From Octopus bimaculoides (Eukaryota): 45,275 bases of DNA. Below, one piece after another: positions 36,267 to 45,275 of this stretch. The translations under genes were made by a program, and so were the position numbers. Under the pieces are notes generated by a model. That model had not been told where the DNA came from, did no database searches, and saw only the letters and a program-made list of their open reading frames with translations. Each line of letters starts with the position of its first letter. Positions within the stretch are counted from its first letter, which is position 1. Where the stretch lies: NCBI RefSeq assembly GCF_001194135.2, contig NC_068987.1, forward strand, positions 38,467,795-38,513,069. Reading direction: 5' to 3'.

Positions 36267-36399
36267 AAATTGAGTTTGATATTGTTCAGAATTGTATTAT
36301 GTTCTAATAAATTGATATCTATATGTCAGTTTCGCCATTTTCTTTTTCTCATAGATAAAAAATAAAAAATAGTTACCCAGATCCATCAGTGCAAAGCTA

Positions 36400-37365
36400 A
36401 CATACAGCCATCCTCATGAGAACAGATTGCCATGGATAGGCTAGCCTGGAGGACTGCTATCCGCAATGGAGCCCAACAAAAAAGTGCTATCCATTGGACA
36501 CGCAATGCTGCATCCACTTCTGCCATGAGAGCTCAAGAAGTCTGAGAAGAGAGTGCTATCTGTTGGGCACACAACACTGCATCCACTTCTACTTCTGCTG
36601 CGAGGTTGGCAGATGATGGTAACCATCGGATGATGAGACTTCAGTCTAATGTTCACCAGAAGGCTCTTACCCATGGCTATTGGAAGCCATTGAGTAGTAA
36701 ATGGGCATCAAAGGCGCTCAGCTATGATTCTGCCAAGGATTACATCACTCATCAAGAGATTGTTATGGGGGATATGTCTGTAATATGTCTATATTACAAG
36801 GCCCTCAAGTGGGTTGGAGAATCCAGTGGCCTATGCTGCTCAAACAAAAGATTCGTTTGCCTGACCTGCAAAACACTCCTCAGCCTTTGCTCTCTTTACT
36901 CCTTGGTCAACACTCTGATTTGCAGCAATTTATACAGAAAATTCTCGCTTATAATTCTGCCTTCCAGAAGACAAATTTTGGTTGCAAATCCATTCATGAA
37001 GACTCCTATGTGCCAACATTCAAAATTCAGGCCAAACCTATCATCGGATAGGCTCTATTCTTCCTGTCAACAACACTGAACACCAATTCCTTCAAATTTA
37101 CTTCATAGGAAATACCACTGAGCAAATGGCTCGCCAATCTCAGGTGGCACCTGAAACAAAAATACCTGTTTTGAATGAACTTCAGGAAATGCTCCACATC
37201 ACCAAAGCAATATGTGAGGGACTTCAAAACTGCTACACAACGCCTACATACAGATGAGTCCAACTTCAAAGTTATCATAAAGAGTGACTGAACACCTATC
37301 GGAGAGCACCAAGGATGCTTTAACCAGCCCAAAAATGATGAAATTGTAGTTCTACTCTGCTGTCC
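36400..37365 (+). mobile_element. Helitron Rep N-terminal fragment (pseudogenised)
   Basis: EIVMGDMSVICLYYKALKWVGESSGLCCSNK / LPDLQNTPQPLLSLLLG...ILAYNSAFQKTNFG...PTFKIQ / FKVIIKSD.TPIGEHQGCFNQPKNDEIVV, matching Helitron Rep motifs (G.M...C..C.A.KW..E..G.CC; YNSAFQMTSFG; GEH..RFNAP). Confidence 0.85.
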
Positions 37366-38389
37366 CGATGAAGCTACACCATTGACTACATGGCGACCTC
37401 CTTCACCAATACATCAACATACTTTCTCATGTGAACTCTTTAGCAGTTGTTTCAACACACCAATGTGGGACAGTGCAAATTAGCGTGGGATGGTCCACAA
37501 GGGTTTACATCCTCATGGTGTGGACTGGGCAACATTTTGACTTCGGTGTGAATGCCTAAAAACTCAAATACAATGCAATCGTTCTCCAATTTTCATCATG
37601 CATCACCGGCGGACATGATCCTTTTCAATCCTTCATGATAGCTCATTAGTGACTGTTGTTATATGCAGGGGGACAACTCTAAGTAAACTCTCTGCTCACA
37701 ATAAGACTCATGCTGGTTATTTTCAGTACATATATACTTGTATGCTGCTTACTTTTACCATCATTACAACTTCCCAATTATCTGTCTGCCTTTCATCATA
37801 TCTTTTCACTGTGAACTGCTAAAGATTCAAAGCAGTATTTGTGAACTGAAATCAAACTCTTCATGTCTTAATTTTTCGTTACCTGAAGTCAATTTCAGAA
37901 TGGTCGTACACTGTAAGCACACAACAAATACATTCCCTTAACTTTACTTTTTCAAGTAGGTATTATATTGCCATTGTTGAACGTAACAGTCATACTTCTC
38001 TCCAAAAACATAGCTCCATTTGCTGTTGAATAAAATAAACTCGTAGAGAGGAAGTTTCAACATCTTCCTTACACCATTTATGTGGCTGATTCTGACAAGA
38101 AATTTCACTTTCATGTAAGACATCTATATTTTGTAGTCATTATCCGTAATCTACTCTCAAAACACTTCAGCAGCTCTACTTCGCATCATTTGCAAACTTG
38201 TATGTTCTATGATCATTAAAGAGCAACGACCTCTACAATAACCAGTGTTCAATTTGGTTTTCTGTTCTTAGGTTAATCAGAAACAGATTGTCATGCTACT
38301 TATAAACCTTCTCAGTAGTTCAATTATTTGGTGAAAAAAATACCACCAAAGCAACTTAAACTGTCCAAAGGACAGGTGTGTTTGCTAGT

Positions 38390-38406
38390 ATATATACATA
38401 TATATA

Positions 38407-38454
<48 letters not shown>

Positions 38455-38487
38455 ATACATATGTGTGTATATATATATATCACATAC

Positions 38488-38552
<65 letters not shown>

Positions 38553-38585
38553 ATACATATGTGTGTATATATATATATCACATAC

Positions 38586-38626
<41 letters not shown>

Positions 38627-38627
38627 C

Positions 38628-38681
<54 letters not shown>

Positions 38682-38810
38682 CTACATATAAATGTATATA
38701 TATATATGTGTGTATATATACACATACATATATATGTATGTGTATATATATATATATATACACATACACATATGTATGTGTACACACACAGACAGACACA
38801 CACACATATA
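38390..38810. repeat. Compound (TA)n/(CA)n satellite with recurring TCACATACATATGTGTG unit
   Basis: Directly visible. Confidence 0.9.
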
Positions 38811-38812
38811 AA

Positions 38813-39243
38813 GAGAAAAACAGCTAGTTTTAAATCTCTGAGCGAGAAATATGTAGTAACAGTACTGCATAATAAAGTCTGTTTTCCAAAGTAAAGTGGC
38901 AGTCCTGCTTAGGATGATGTGACTACTGTTTAGCCTCAGGGAAACATCTTTTCCAGCTGGCTACTGACACACCATCTGTGTCTGTATACTGTGAGCAAGG
39001 GAGCTAATGCTCCCCTTCCAGCTTTAGCTATACCTGCAGACCAATGGTTTCTGGGTTATTTCTCTTCCTTGGTGCAGGGTAATTGCCAGTTAGAGATGGT
39101 ATCTACTTGACCTCGCTCACAATATATATTTTTAAGGTGACATGCAGTCACTGATCTCGTAATGAGAAAAACAGCTAGTTTTAAATCTCTGAGCAAGAAA
39201 TATGTAGTAACAGTACTGCATAATAAAGTCTATTTGCCAAAGT
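38813..39243. repeat. 80-bp direct repeats (38813-38892, 39164-39243) of a dispersed repeat family
   Basis: GAGAAAAACAGCTAGTTTTAAATCTCTGAGC...CCAAAGT occurs twice. Related sequence lies at ~26290-26410 (+) and ~10975-11080 (-). Confidence 0.75.
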
Positions 39244-39315
39244 CTATTAGTCAGTAGGAAAAGATGTAACTCTGGATTCATTTGCTGTACAAGAACAGAA
39301 TTCATTTTGCTTTAA

Positions 39316-39550
39316 CTAGTAATCCATTTGTAAACCAGTAATCCTGATTTAATCAGTAATCCTGCATTAACCTCTAATTTTGCATCAATCATTATCTTGT
39401 TTTGAGTAGTAATCTTGTTTTCACTATGAATCTCATTTTAATCAGTAATCCTATTTTTGCCAGTTTTCTTCATTTAACAAGTAATCTTGTGTTAATCATG
39501 TTTTTACCATTAATCTAGTTTTAGCAGCATTCTGTTTTAATCAGTAATCA
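39316..39550. repeat. Degenerate ~18-bp tandem array
   Basis: Recurring AGTAATCCTGTTTTAATC-like unit. Confidence 0.7.
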
Positions 39551-39629
39551 GTCGAAAGACCCTTTCTGTTATTTATTCATATGTATTCGTATATGTACAA
39601 AATTTTTTTTCCTTCTATTGTATAGCCAA

Positions 39630-40600
39630 AATTCTAGCTTTCTTGTTTTTGTTTTTGTTCCTGTTTTCCTTTTTGTATACATTTGTTTGCATTCCTCAGA
39701 AGCTTAATGCTTTTAGCTTAAGTCCCTGGCACCTGCTGGATTTGAGTAGTCTCAGAGATAAAAGGGCAAAATTACAAGGACTTTCCAGACTCTAACTGAT
39801 GAGGAAATCGGCTGTGAATGATCTGTGTATCTTGTTTTTGTCATACTATCATCTATTTTCCCGCATTTTGTGTTTTGTTGGTTTCCATTTGTTGTGTTCT
39901 TTCTGTCCTACCTTTGATTTATCCATGTGACGCTCTGTACAACCTGTTGCTTACTTTGTCAGAACAAGATTACTAGTTACAAGTAGATTTATATATAGTT
40001 AACACTTGATAATAGTTTAAAAAAAGCACTTAAATATTGGTTACAACTAGTAGGTTAAAATATGATATTGGACGAACATAACGTTATGAAATAATAATAC
40101 AAGTGCAACAGAAAATGAATTATACATATACAATGATAAAATGCCTTTCAGCTATACAGCAAAAGGAAAATAATTGTACAATTACAACATAAATAAATAA
40201 CAAAAAAGGTCCATCGACTATCAGATGAATGTAGTAAGCTGGCGCAAAGGTAAAATGGAAAATCTTAACACACAGATGAACATGACCAGTCTGAAAGGTG
40301 GCTGGTCAAAGAGGATAACAGTGCCTTGGCCAGACAGCGATCACGTGGTAGGAGAGGGAAGGAGTTAAAGAGGACAGAGGGACTAAGGAATAGGAGAGAG
40401 GGGAAAGAAATCAGAGGAACTAAAGAATGAGAGAGAGGGGGAGAGATAGAGGCAGAGAGAGAGAAAAAACGGTACAAGGAAGGTAAGTGATGAAGGAAAG
40501 CAAAGGAATTGAAGAATAAGCAGGAGGGAGGAAAAGGGATTAAGGAATACAAGAGAGGGGAAAATGAAATCAGAGGGACTGAGGAATGAGAGGGAGGGGA

Positions 40601-40634
<34 letters not shown>

Positions 40635-41039
40635 GAGAAAGTGAGGAAGAGAGAGGGAGAGTTGTACATAATATTCAAGGGATATCTTTTTTTAACAAAG
40701 TGAACAACAGGTTGTACAGAGCATCACATGGATAAATCAAAGGTAGGACAGAAAGAACGCAACAAACAAAAACCAACAAAACACAACATGCGGGAAAATA
40801 GATGATAGCATGACAAATGGCAAACAGGACAAAAACAAGATACATGGATTGTTCGCAGCTGATTTCCTCATCAATCAGAGTCCAGAAAGTCCTTGTAGTT
40901 TCACTCCCTATCTCTGAGTCTACTCGAATCTGGTAAGTGCCAGAGACTTAAGCTAAAAATGTTAAGCTTCTGGGAAAGGCAAATGAATGTATACAAGAAC
41001 AAAAACAGGAACGGAAACAAAAATGAGAAAGCTAGAATT
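39630..41039. repeat. Inverted repeat with ~340-355 bp arms around a ~710-bp spacer containing a GA-rich tract
   Basis: 39630-39970 is the reverse complement of 40684-41039, visibly diverged with an indel. Confidence 0.85.
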
Positions 41040-41339
41040 ATACATGTATTTCAACACTAAATATGAAAATCATAGATAATTTCATTTTGTTATAGAACAA
41101 ATCTTTTGGATCACATTTTAAACATATGCAATACTAGCTTAAAAGCCACACACCGTGTGGACTTTTAATCTAGCTCTTGTGGAGGGCTAATTGGGCCTGT
41201 AGCCCAAAACTAAAGAGAGCAATAATAATAAAGCATTTATTGGTACCCAACCAATATGGTATTGCTTTAAATTCAGTTTAAATGAAAAACTTGTAACTTC
41301 ACAGACTTTTGGAGTCCTTTTAAAATTTGAATACAAGAT

Positions 41340-41356
41340 GTGTGTGTGTGTATGTA

Positions 41357-41395
<39 letters not shown>

Positions 41396-41600
41396 TGTGA
41401 CTTTGTGTCTGTATTTGTCCCCCACCACTTGATAACAGGTGTCGCCATGTTTATGTTCACATAACTTAACGGTTCGGTAAAGTAGGCCAATAAAAAAATA
41501 CCAGGCATAAAAAAAGAAAGAATCGATGTTGATCTGTTCGATTAACATTTTTCAAGTCAGTGCCCCAGCATGGCCACAGTCTGATGACGGAAAAAGATTT
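41340..41600 (+). mobile_element. 3' half of octopus-type SINE
   Basis: TTTGTCCCCCACCACTTGATAAC...CCCCAGCATGGCCACAGTC. Confidence 0.75.
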
Positions 41601-41629
41601 TAAAAACCACTAAATTCCATACAAAACTT

Positions 41630-41854
41630 AAAGCTAAGGGAGGTAACTCTTGTACCTCTCAGTTACTTTACCTGCTAAAAATATCAACCCAAATGCTTTT
41701 AAATCAGATCCCAAAGCTGGATGTTCAAGAACCAAATGAAGGGCAGATTTTCAATCCTGGGATCATCTTGATCCCAAAAAGATATAATATACCTATGTAG
41801 AGCGAATATAGACTGAGATACAGACAGACAGAATTACACTTTTATTAATATAGA
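41630..41854 (-). mobile_element. 5' end of a second Helitron-like non-autonomous element
   Basis: Minus strand begins A|TCTATATTAATAAAAGTGTAATTCTGTCTGTCTG, like the 17002 terminus. No 3' end recognised. Confidence 0.4.
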
Positions 41855-41953
41855 TATTATAGCTCAGAACAGTGCATTACACCCACACAAATTATATTAC
41901 AGCCACATTCAATACTTTACAGCTTGGAATAATTTATCACAGTCAATTACAAC

Positions 41954-42086
41954 AAATAACAATTCAATCTACAGAATATATTAAATAACAATTCAATCTA
42001 CAGAATATATTAAATAATAATTCAATCTACGAAATATATTAAATAATAATTCAATCTACGAAATATATTAACAGTTCAATCTACAA
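41954..42086. repeat. ~28-29-bp minisatellite x4-5
   Basis: AATTCAATCTACAGAATATATTAAATA(C/AT)A repeated. Confidence 0.85.
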
Positions 42087-42541
42087 TCCTGATTTATAAA
42101 TACTCAACATACAAATGTTTGATTTTGATTTTGCACTATTCTTACACCAAACTTATCCAATTTTTATCAATAATAATTGAGCCAAAGTTAACAGAAACAG
42201 TGAAGAAAGATTAAATACATCTAATCTATTTTGGAATGGTGGATTGTGAAGAACATAAAGCTAGAAATAAAAACATGTAAATATTGGCAGGTTCAATGAA
42301 TATATCTATTATGATTACTTGTGTCAAGAAATTTTTTATATAGACTCTCCAAAAATTATGGTTGTTGTTTGTTGAACTAATGTTATGTCAATGAGTTAAT
42401 TATTTCTTTTTTATTTGTAGTTTGTTCACTAATTAATGCAGCCTATTTGTTTTTAAATAATTTCAAATAAATTACAGTTTAAAATGTATTCCTTACAGCT
42501 ATAAAAACTTATGCTTAATTTTTGTTCATTTCTAATTTTAG

Positions 42542-42789
42542 GTTATTATTCTTGGCGTAATAATGAGGAAGGTTCCTGGTTTATCCAGGCACTATGTATT
42601 ATTTTGGAGAACCATGGAAAAGAAATGGAGCTAATGCACATGTTAACATTGGTCAATCACATTGTGGCTTACGACTTTGAATCATGTACCAATGAAGATT
42701 TCACATCTAAAAAGAAACAAATGCCATGTATTGTTTCAATGTTGACCAAATATGTTTACTTCCGACCCAAAAAACAAGAAATAATTTAA
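42542..42789 (+). CDS. casp3/7-like: Effector caspase terminal coding exon (small subunit)
   Basis: Acceptor TTTTAG ending at 42541. Phase 1 matches the 16196 donor (G|GT = Gly). Encodes GYYSWRNNEEGSWFIQALC...KKQMPCIVSMLTKYVYFRPKKQEII, with TAA at 42787-89. Confidence 0.95.
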
Positions 42790-42826
42790 AATTACTGGTA
42801 ATGTCAGCTGAAGTGGCAGCAATACA

Positions 42827-42832
<6 letters not shown>

Positions 42833-42874
<42 letters not shown>
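42833..42874 (+). repeat. Pure A42 tract 43 nt after the caspase stop codon
   Basis: Counted directly. Confidence 0.95.
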
Positions 42875-42877
<3 letters not shown>

Positions 42878-43384
42878 GATCCTATAACTCTAGCATTCAT
42901 TTATCTTTTATTTTCAAAGAATGGTTTATTTTATAATAGATATTCAACAAAATCAGAATCACTTTTTATGAAATAAAAAAAATACACATTTCCATGAACA
43001 TTAAACAAGGTATTAGTTTACATTTTTCAAACTTGATATTATATACATTTCTTTTTGTTTGCTTTTTCTTTTGCATTTTTTTCCCCAGTTTAATGTAAGC
43101 CATAGAAAATGCCTTCTTAAAATTCCACAAAATTTTGTGGACTTTAGAGTTCTTGTTTGTGTGTGTGTATGGATGTGCATTTATGTTTTATATTTGTGTG
43201 TGTGTGTATGTACATATATATCTCTTTATACACTCACAAATACATTGCTATACATGTTATTTAAGTTTACATTTGACCATATGTGTATGTATATATTGAT
43301 TTACATATCTATCCATAAAAATACATTCACATAATACATCAAGCATATATGTATGTACACTCTCACACGTGCGTGTGTGTATAA

Positions 43385-43747
43385 ATATATATATTAAAGT
43401 AGAAAAGAAAAGGCAAACGGTTTAGCAAGAATTGACAAGGACATTTAATTTAGCTGTATAATAAAAGGTTTACATAGTCTCTAATAGCTGTTTCTAGAAT
43501 ATCCCTGCTATTGGAACATCATGCTGAGCAAGGATTCCATAGGCCAAGTATCCCATCATTGGAGAGAGATAGTTAAATATATGTAATGGTGAAAGAATAT
43601 TCCCCATCAATGATAATTGTTGTGATCTATTATATCTAGAAACAACTGTTAGAGATTATGTCATGCTTTTATTATATACTTAAATTAAATGTCCCTGTCA
43701 AGTCTTGCCAAACTGTTTGCCTTTTCTTTTCCACTTCAATATATATA
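43385..43747. repeat. Foldback with ~117-bp arms and ~130-bp spacer
   Basis: 43385-43501 is the reverse complement of 43632-43747. Confidence 0.85.
43478..43567 (-). ncRNA. Decayed hammerhead-like motif with 61-nt stem II
   Basis: UCUCU-CCAAUGA-UGGGAUA...UAUUCUA-GAAA-CAGCUA-UU-AGAGA. The opposite arm has GAAA-CAACUG-UU-AGAGA, so the consensus stem III is ACAGCUGU. Confidence 0.45.
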
Positions 43748-43950
43748 CCTACCAGCTCAAGAGGAAGCCACTTCTAGCTGCTTTAGAAAGGCAGTTACAA
43801 AATCATATCTTCAACTGCAGTTTCAACCGGAATTTTGGTGGCATATCAATTTGAGTGCTCAGAGTGTATACTTATTTCCTGGAGTTATCCTGATGAAAAC
43901 TCCTTGTATCCTTTATATAATGTATATATGTGCATATATTTATGATATAT

Positions 43951-44233
43951 GTTGTTGTTTGTTCCTTCTCGAGCCATACCTGACTCATAAGGGCTGGTTT
44001 CCCAGTTTCATTGGTGTATAGGTTCCCCAGCTGGACGGGATGCTGGCCCGTCGCAGGTGAGCTGTTAGATGTAGGAGGAAAGAGTCAGCAGAAGTTCACT
44101 ATTACCTTCTGCTGGAGCCACATGGAGCTTAGGTGTTTCGCTCAAAAACACACATTGCCTATTCTGAGATTTGAACCCCCTGATCCCTTCACCATGAGTC
44201 TGCTGCTCTAACCACTAGGGCATGTGCCTTCAC
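43951..44233 (-). mobile_element. tRNA-derived SINE
   Basis: Minus-strand head GTGAAGGCACATGCCCTAGTGGTTAGAGCAGCAGACTC...GGTTCAAATCTC, with a (CAA)n-type tail. Confidence 0.75.
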
Positions 44234-44281
44234 ATTTATGATATATATTTAAGTATATATATTATTATATATGTTTGTGTC

Positions 44282-44319
<38 letters not shown>

Positions 44320-44642
44320 TGTATGTATATATGTATGTATGTAAATATAATTATGATTCAGTTGAATTAGGTACTTAAATTCAAGCACCTTGCTAGTTTG
44401 GTGTAATCTGCATACCCCCAACAATATTATTTGAATATTGAATATTAAGACTCCTTGTAGGGGTATTTGTACCCAATATTCCTGTCATGTATGCAGGCAA
44501 TGCAGTCCATCTAAGTGAAGATATCTGCTCTTGATAATTCAGTCATATACTTTTTATAAAGTTATTTCTATAGTATTTCCAATGTACAGATACCAAGTTA
44601 GGTGAACAGAATATAAATAAGTAACAAAGATGTACAGGTGTC

Positions 44643-44726
44643 AATTTATTACAGCTGTTTCAAGAGGCTCCATTTAATTGATTACATTATATCAGTTTGA
44701 AAGAAACCATTCTCATCAGATGAATT
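44643..44726 (-). ncRNA. Type I hammerhead-like motif with 51-nt stem II, core intact
   Basis: AAUUCAU-CUGAUGA-GAAUGGUUUC...GGAGCCUCUU-GAAA-CAGCUG-UA-AUAAAUU. All core nucleotides present, palindrome ACAGCUGU, GUA triplet, stem I 6/7. Confidence 0.7.
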
Positions 44727-44864
44727 CATAGACTTCAAACATAAAGGTTAAACCATTTTTTTAACAAATTTACATCAATAATGGAAACAATGTAAATATT
44801 TTGGCTTCCATCATTGATGTAAATTTGTTAAAAAATGGTTTTTCTTTTATGTTTGAAGTATATG

Positions 44865-44955
44865 AATTCATCTGACGAGAATGGTTTCTTTCAAATTGAT
44901 GTAATGTTTTCATTAATCAATTAAACGGAGCCATTTCAAATGGCTATAATGAATT
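44865..44955 (+). ncRNA. Hammerhead-like motif with 58-nt stem II, GAAA/stem III damaged
   Basis: AAUUCAU-CUGACGA-GAAUGGUUUC...GGAGCCAUUU-CAAA-UGGCUA-UA-AUGAAUU. Stem I is 7/7 and stem II pairs over 10 bp. Confidence 0.5.
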
Positions 44956-44990
44956 GACACGTATACATTTTTGTTATTTATTTATATGTT

Positions 44991-45024
<34 letters not shown>

Positions 45025-45163
45025 TGTGTAAATATATATACATATATATGTGTGTGTATGTATATATATATATAATGAGAGTTTTCAAACAAAACAAAAG
45101 ACAAAGATGGGTGTGCAAACAACAAATAGATATATTAGTTTAACGCTCAGGAAGTGAGAAAAT

Positions 45164-45199
45164 GTTTTACTTTTCGAGCCTACGCTCTTCGACAGAAAG
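45164..45199 (-). ncRNA. Core-variant hammerhead-like motif in a probable PLE tail
   Basis: CUUU-CUGUCGA-A-GAGC(GUAG)GCUC-GAAA-AG-UA-AAAC. A related truncated copy CUUU-CUGCUGA-A-GAG...GCUC lies at 29301-29327 (+). Confidence 0.3.
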
Positions 45200-45275
45200 G
45201 AACGTGGAAATAAACAGGGAGAGAAAATAAAAAGGCTAGCGATCTATCATTGCAATATAAATGTATGTATGTATG

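Larger units (their letters stand above)
34074..36353 (+). mobile_element. 5'-truncated PLE (C-terminal RT + GIY-YIG, Naiad-like) flanked by ~180-bp inverted termini
   Basis: IWLIIPFAKQIKNNL...KNMSQIISSLNKRKL; CDC.....C....CQQKNVVYRCKV...FYIGA...NH...CFLCVEELYRIL...LLNSKRE...SCVH. 34074-34252 is the reverse complement of 36172-36353. Confidence 0.85.
44612..44986. repeat. Foldback with ~175-180 bp arms and 19-nt loop, each arm carrying a hammerhead-like motif
   Basis: 44612-44786 is the reverse complement of 44806-44986. Confidence 0.9.

Noticed and set aside
1489-38894. Many ORF-track entries rich in YI/CV/HT or X (e.g. 1489, 9770, 12030, 28725, 32159, 38328)
   Set aside because: They are translations of (TA)n/(CA)n microsatellites and N-gaps.
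39790-39825. CUGAUGA-GGAAAUC motif (and its inverted copy near 40860-40880) as a hammerhead
   Set aside because: The sub-motifs (GUC site, GAAACUAC, core) are not in an order matching any hammerhead permutation.
41954-42086. CRISPR-like array
   Set aside because: Head-to-tail units without unique spacers in eukaryotic DNA; it is a minisatellite.
42511-42541. ATG-started 92-aa ORF as a stand-alone small gene
   Set aside because: The first 10 codons are the intron's polypyrimidine tract. The real exon starts at 42542 in phase with the upstream donor.
44632-44962. Tc1/mariner MITE interpretation of the 44612-44986 foldback (TA|CAGGTG...)
   Set aside because: Arm homology extends beyond the putative TA sites, and both arms carry hammerhead motifs, favouring a PLE origin.

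Overview
AT-rich, microsatellite-rich eukaryotic DNA with six N-gaps. Its SINE and LINE-tail families match those I know from octopus genomes, so the taxon call (coleoid cephalopod, probably Octopus) is an inference. The one host gene I can support is an effector caspase (caspase-3/7-like) on the + strand. Three exons are visible: 13616-13791 with SHG, 16040-16196 with ACRG completing QACRG across a phase-0 intron, and 42542-42789 with GSWFIQ and the stop codon. A 26.3-kb intron splits the small subunit, and the 5' exons lie outside the window or in a gap. The rest is transposon debris: several Penelope-like retroelements (PLEs; RT plus GIY-YIG), RTE LINEs, a Tc1 fragment, two mariners, a hAT MITE with TSD, Helitron pieces, a Gypsy RNase H fragment and many SINEs. 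The most notable signal is about a dozen hammerhead-ribozyme-like motifs read by eye. Seven, in four sequence-distinct families, keep stem I, the CUGANGA/GAAA core and a palindromic stem III but carry a 51-77 nt stem II. Most sit in head-to-head foldback repeats of 100-350 bp. All RNA structures are manual pairings and nothing was computed. Repeat boundaries without a TSD or TIR are approximate.
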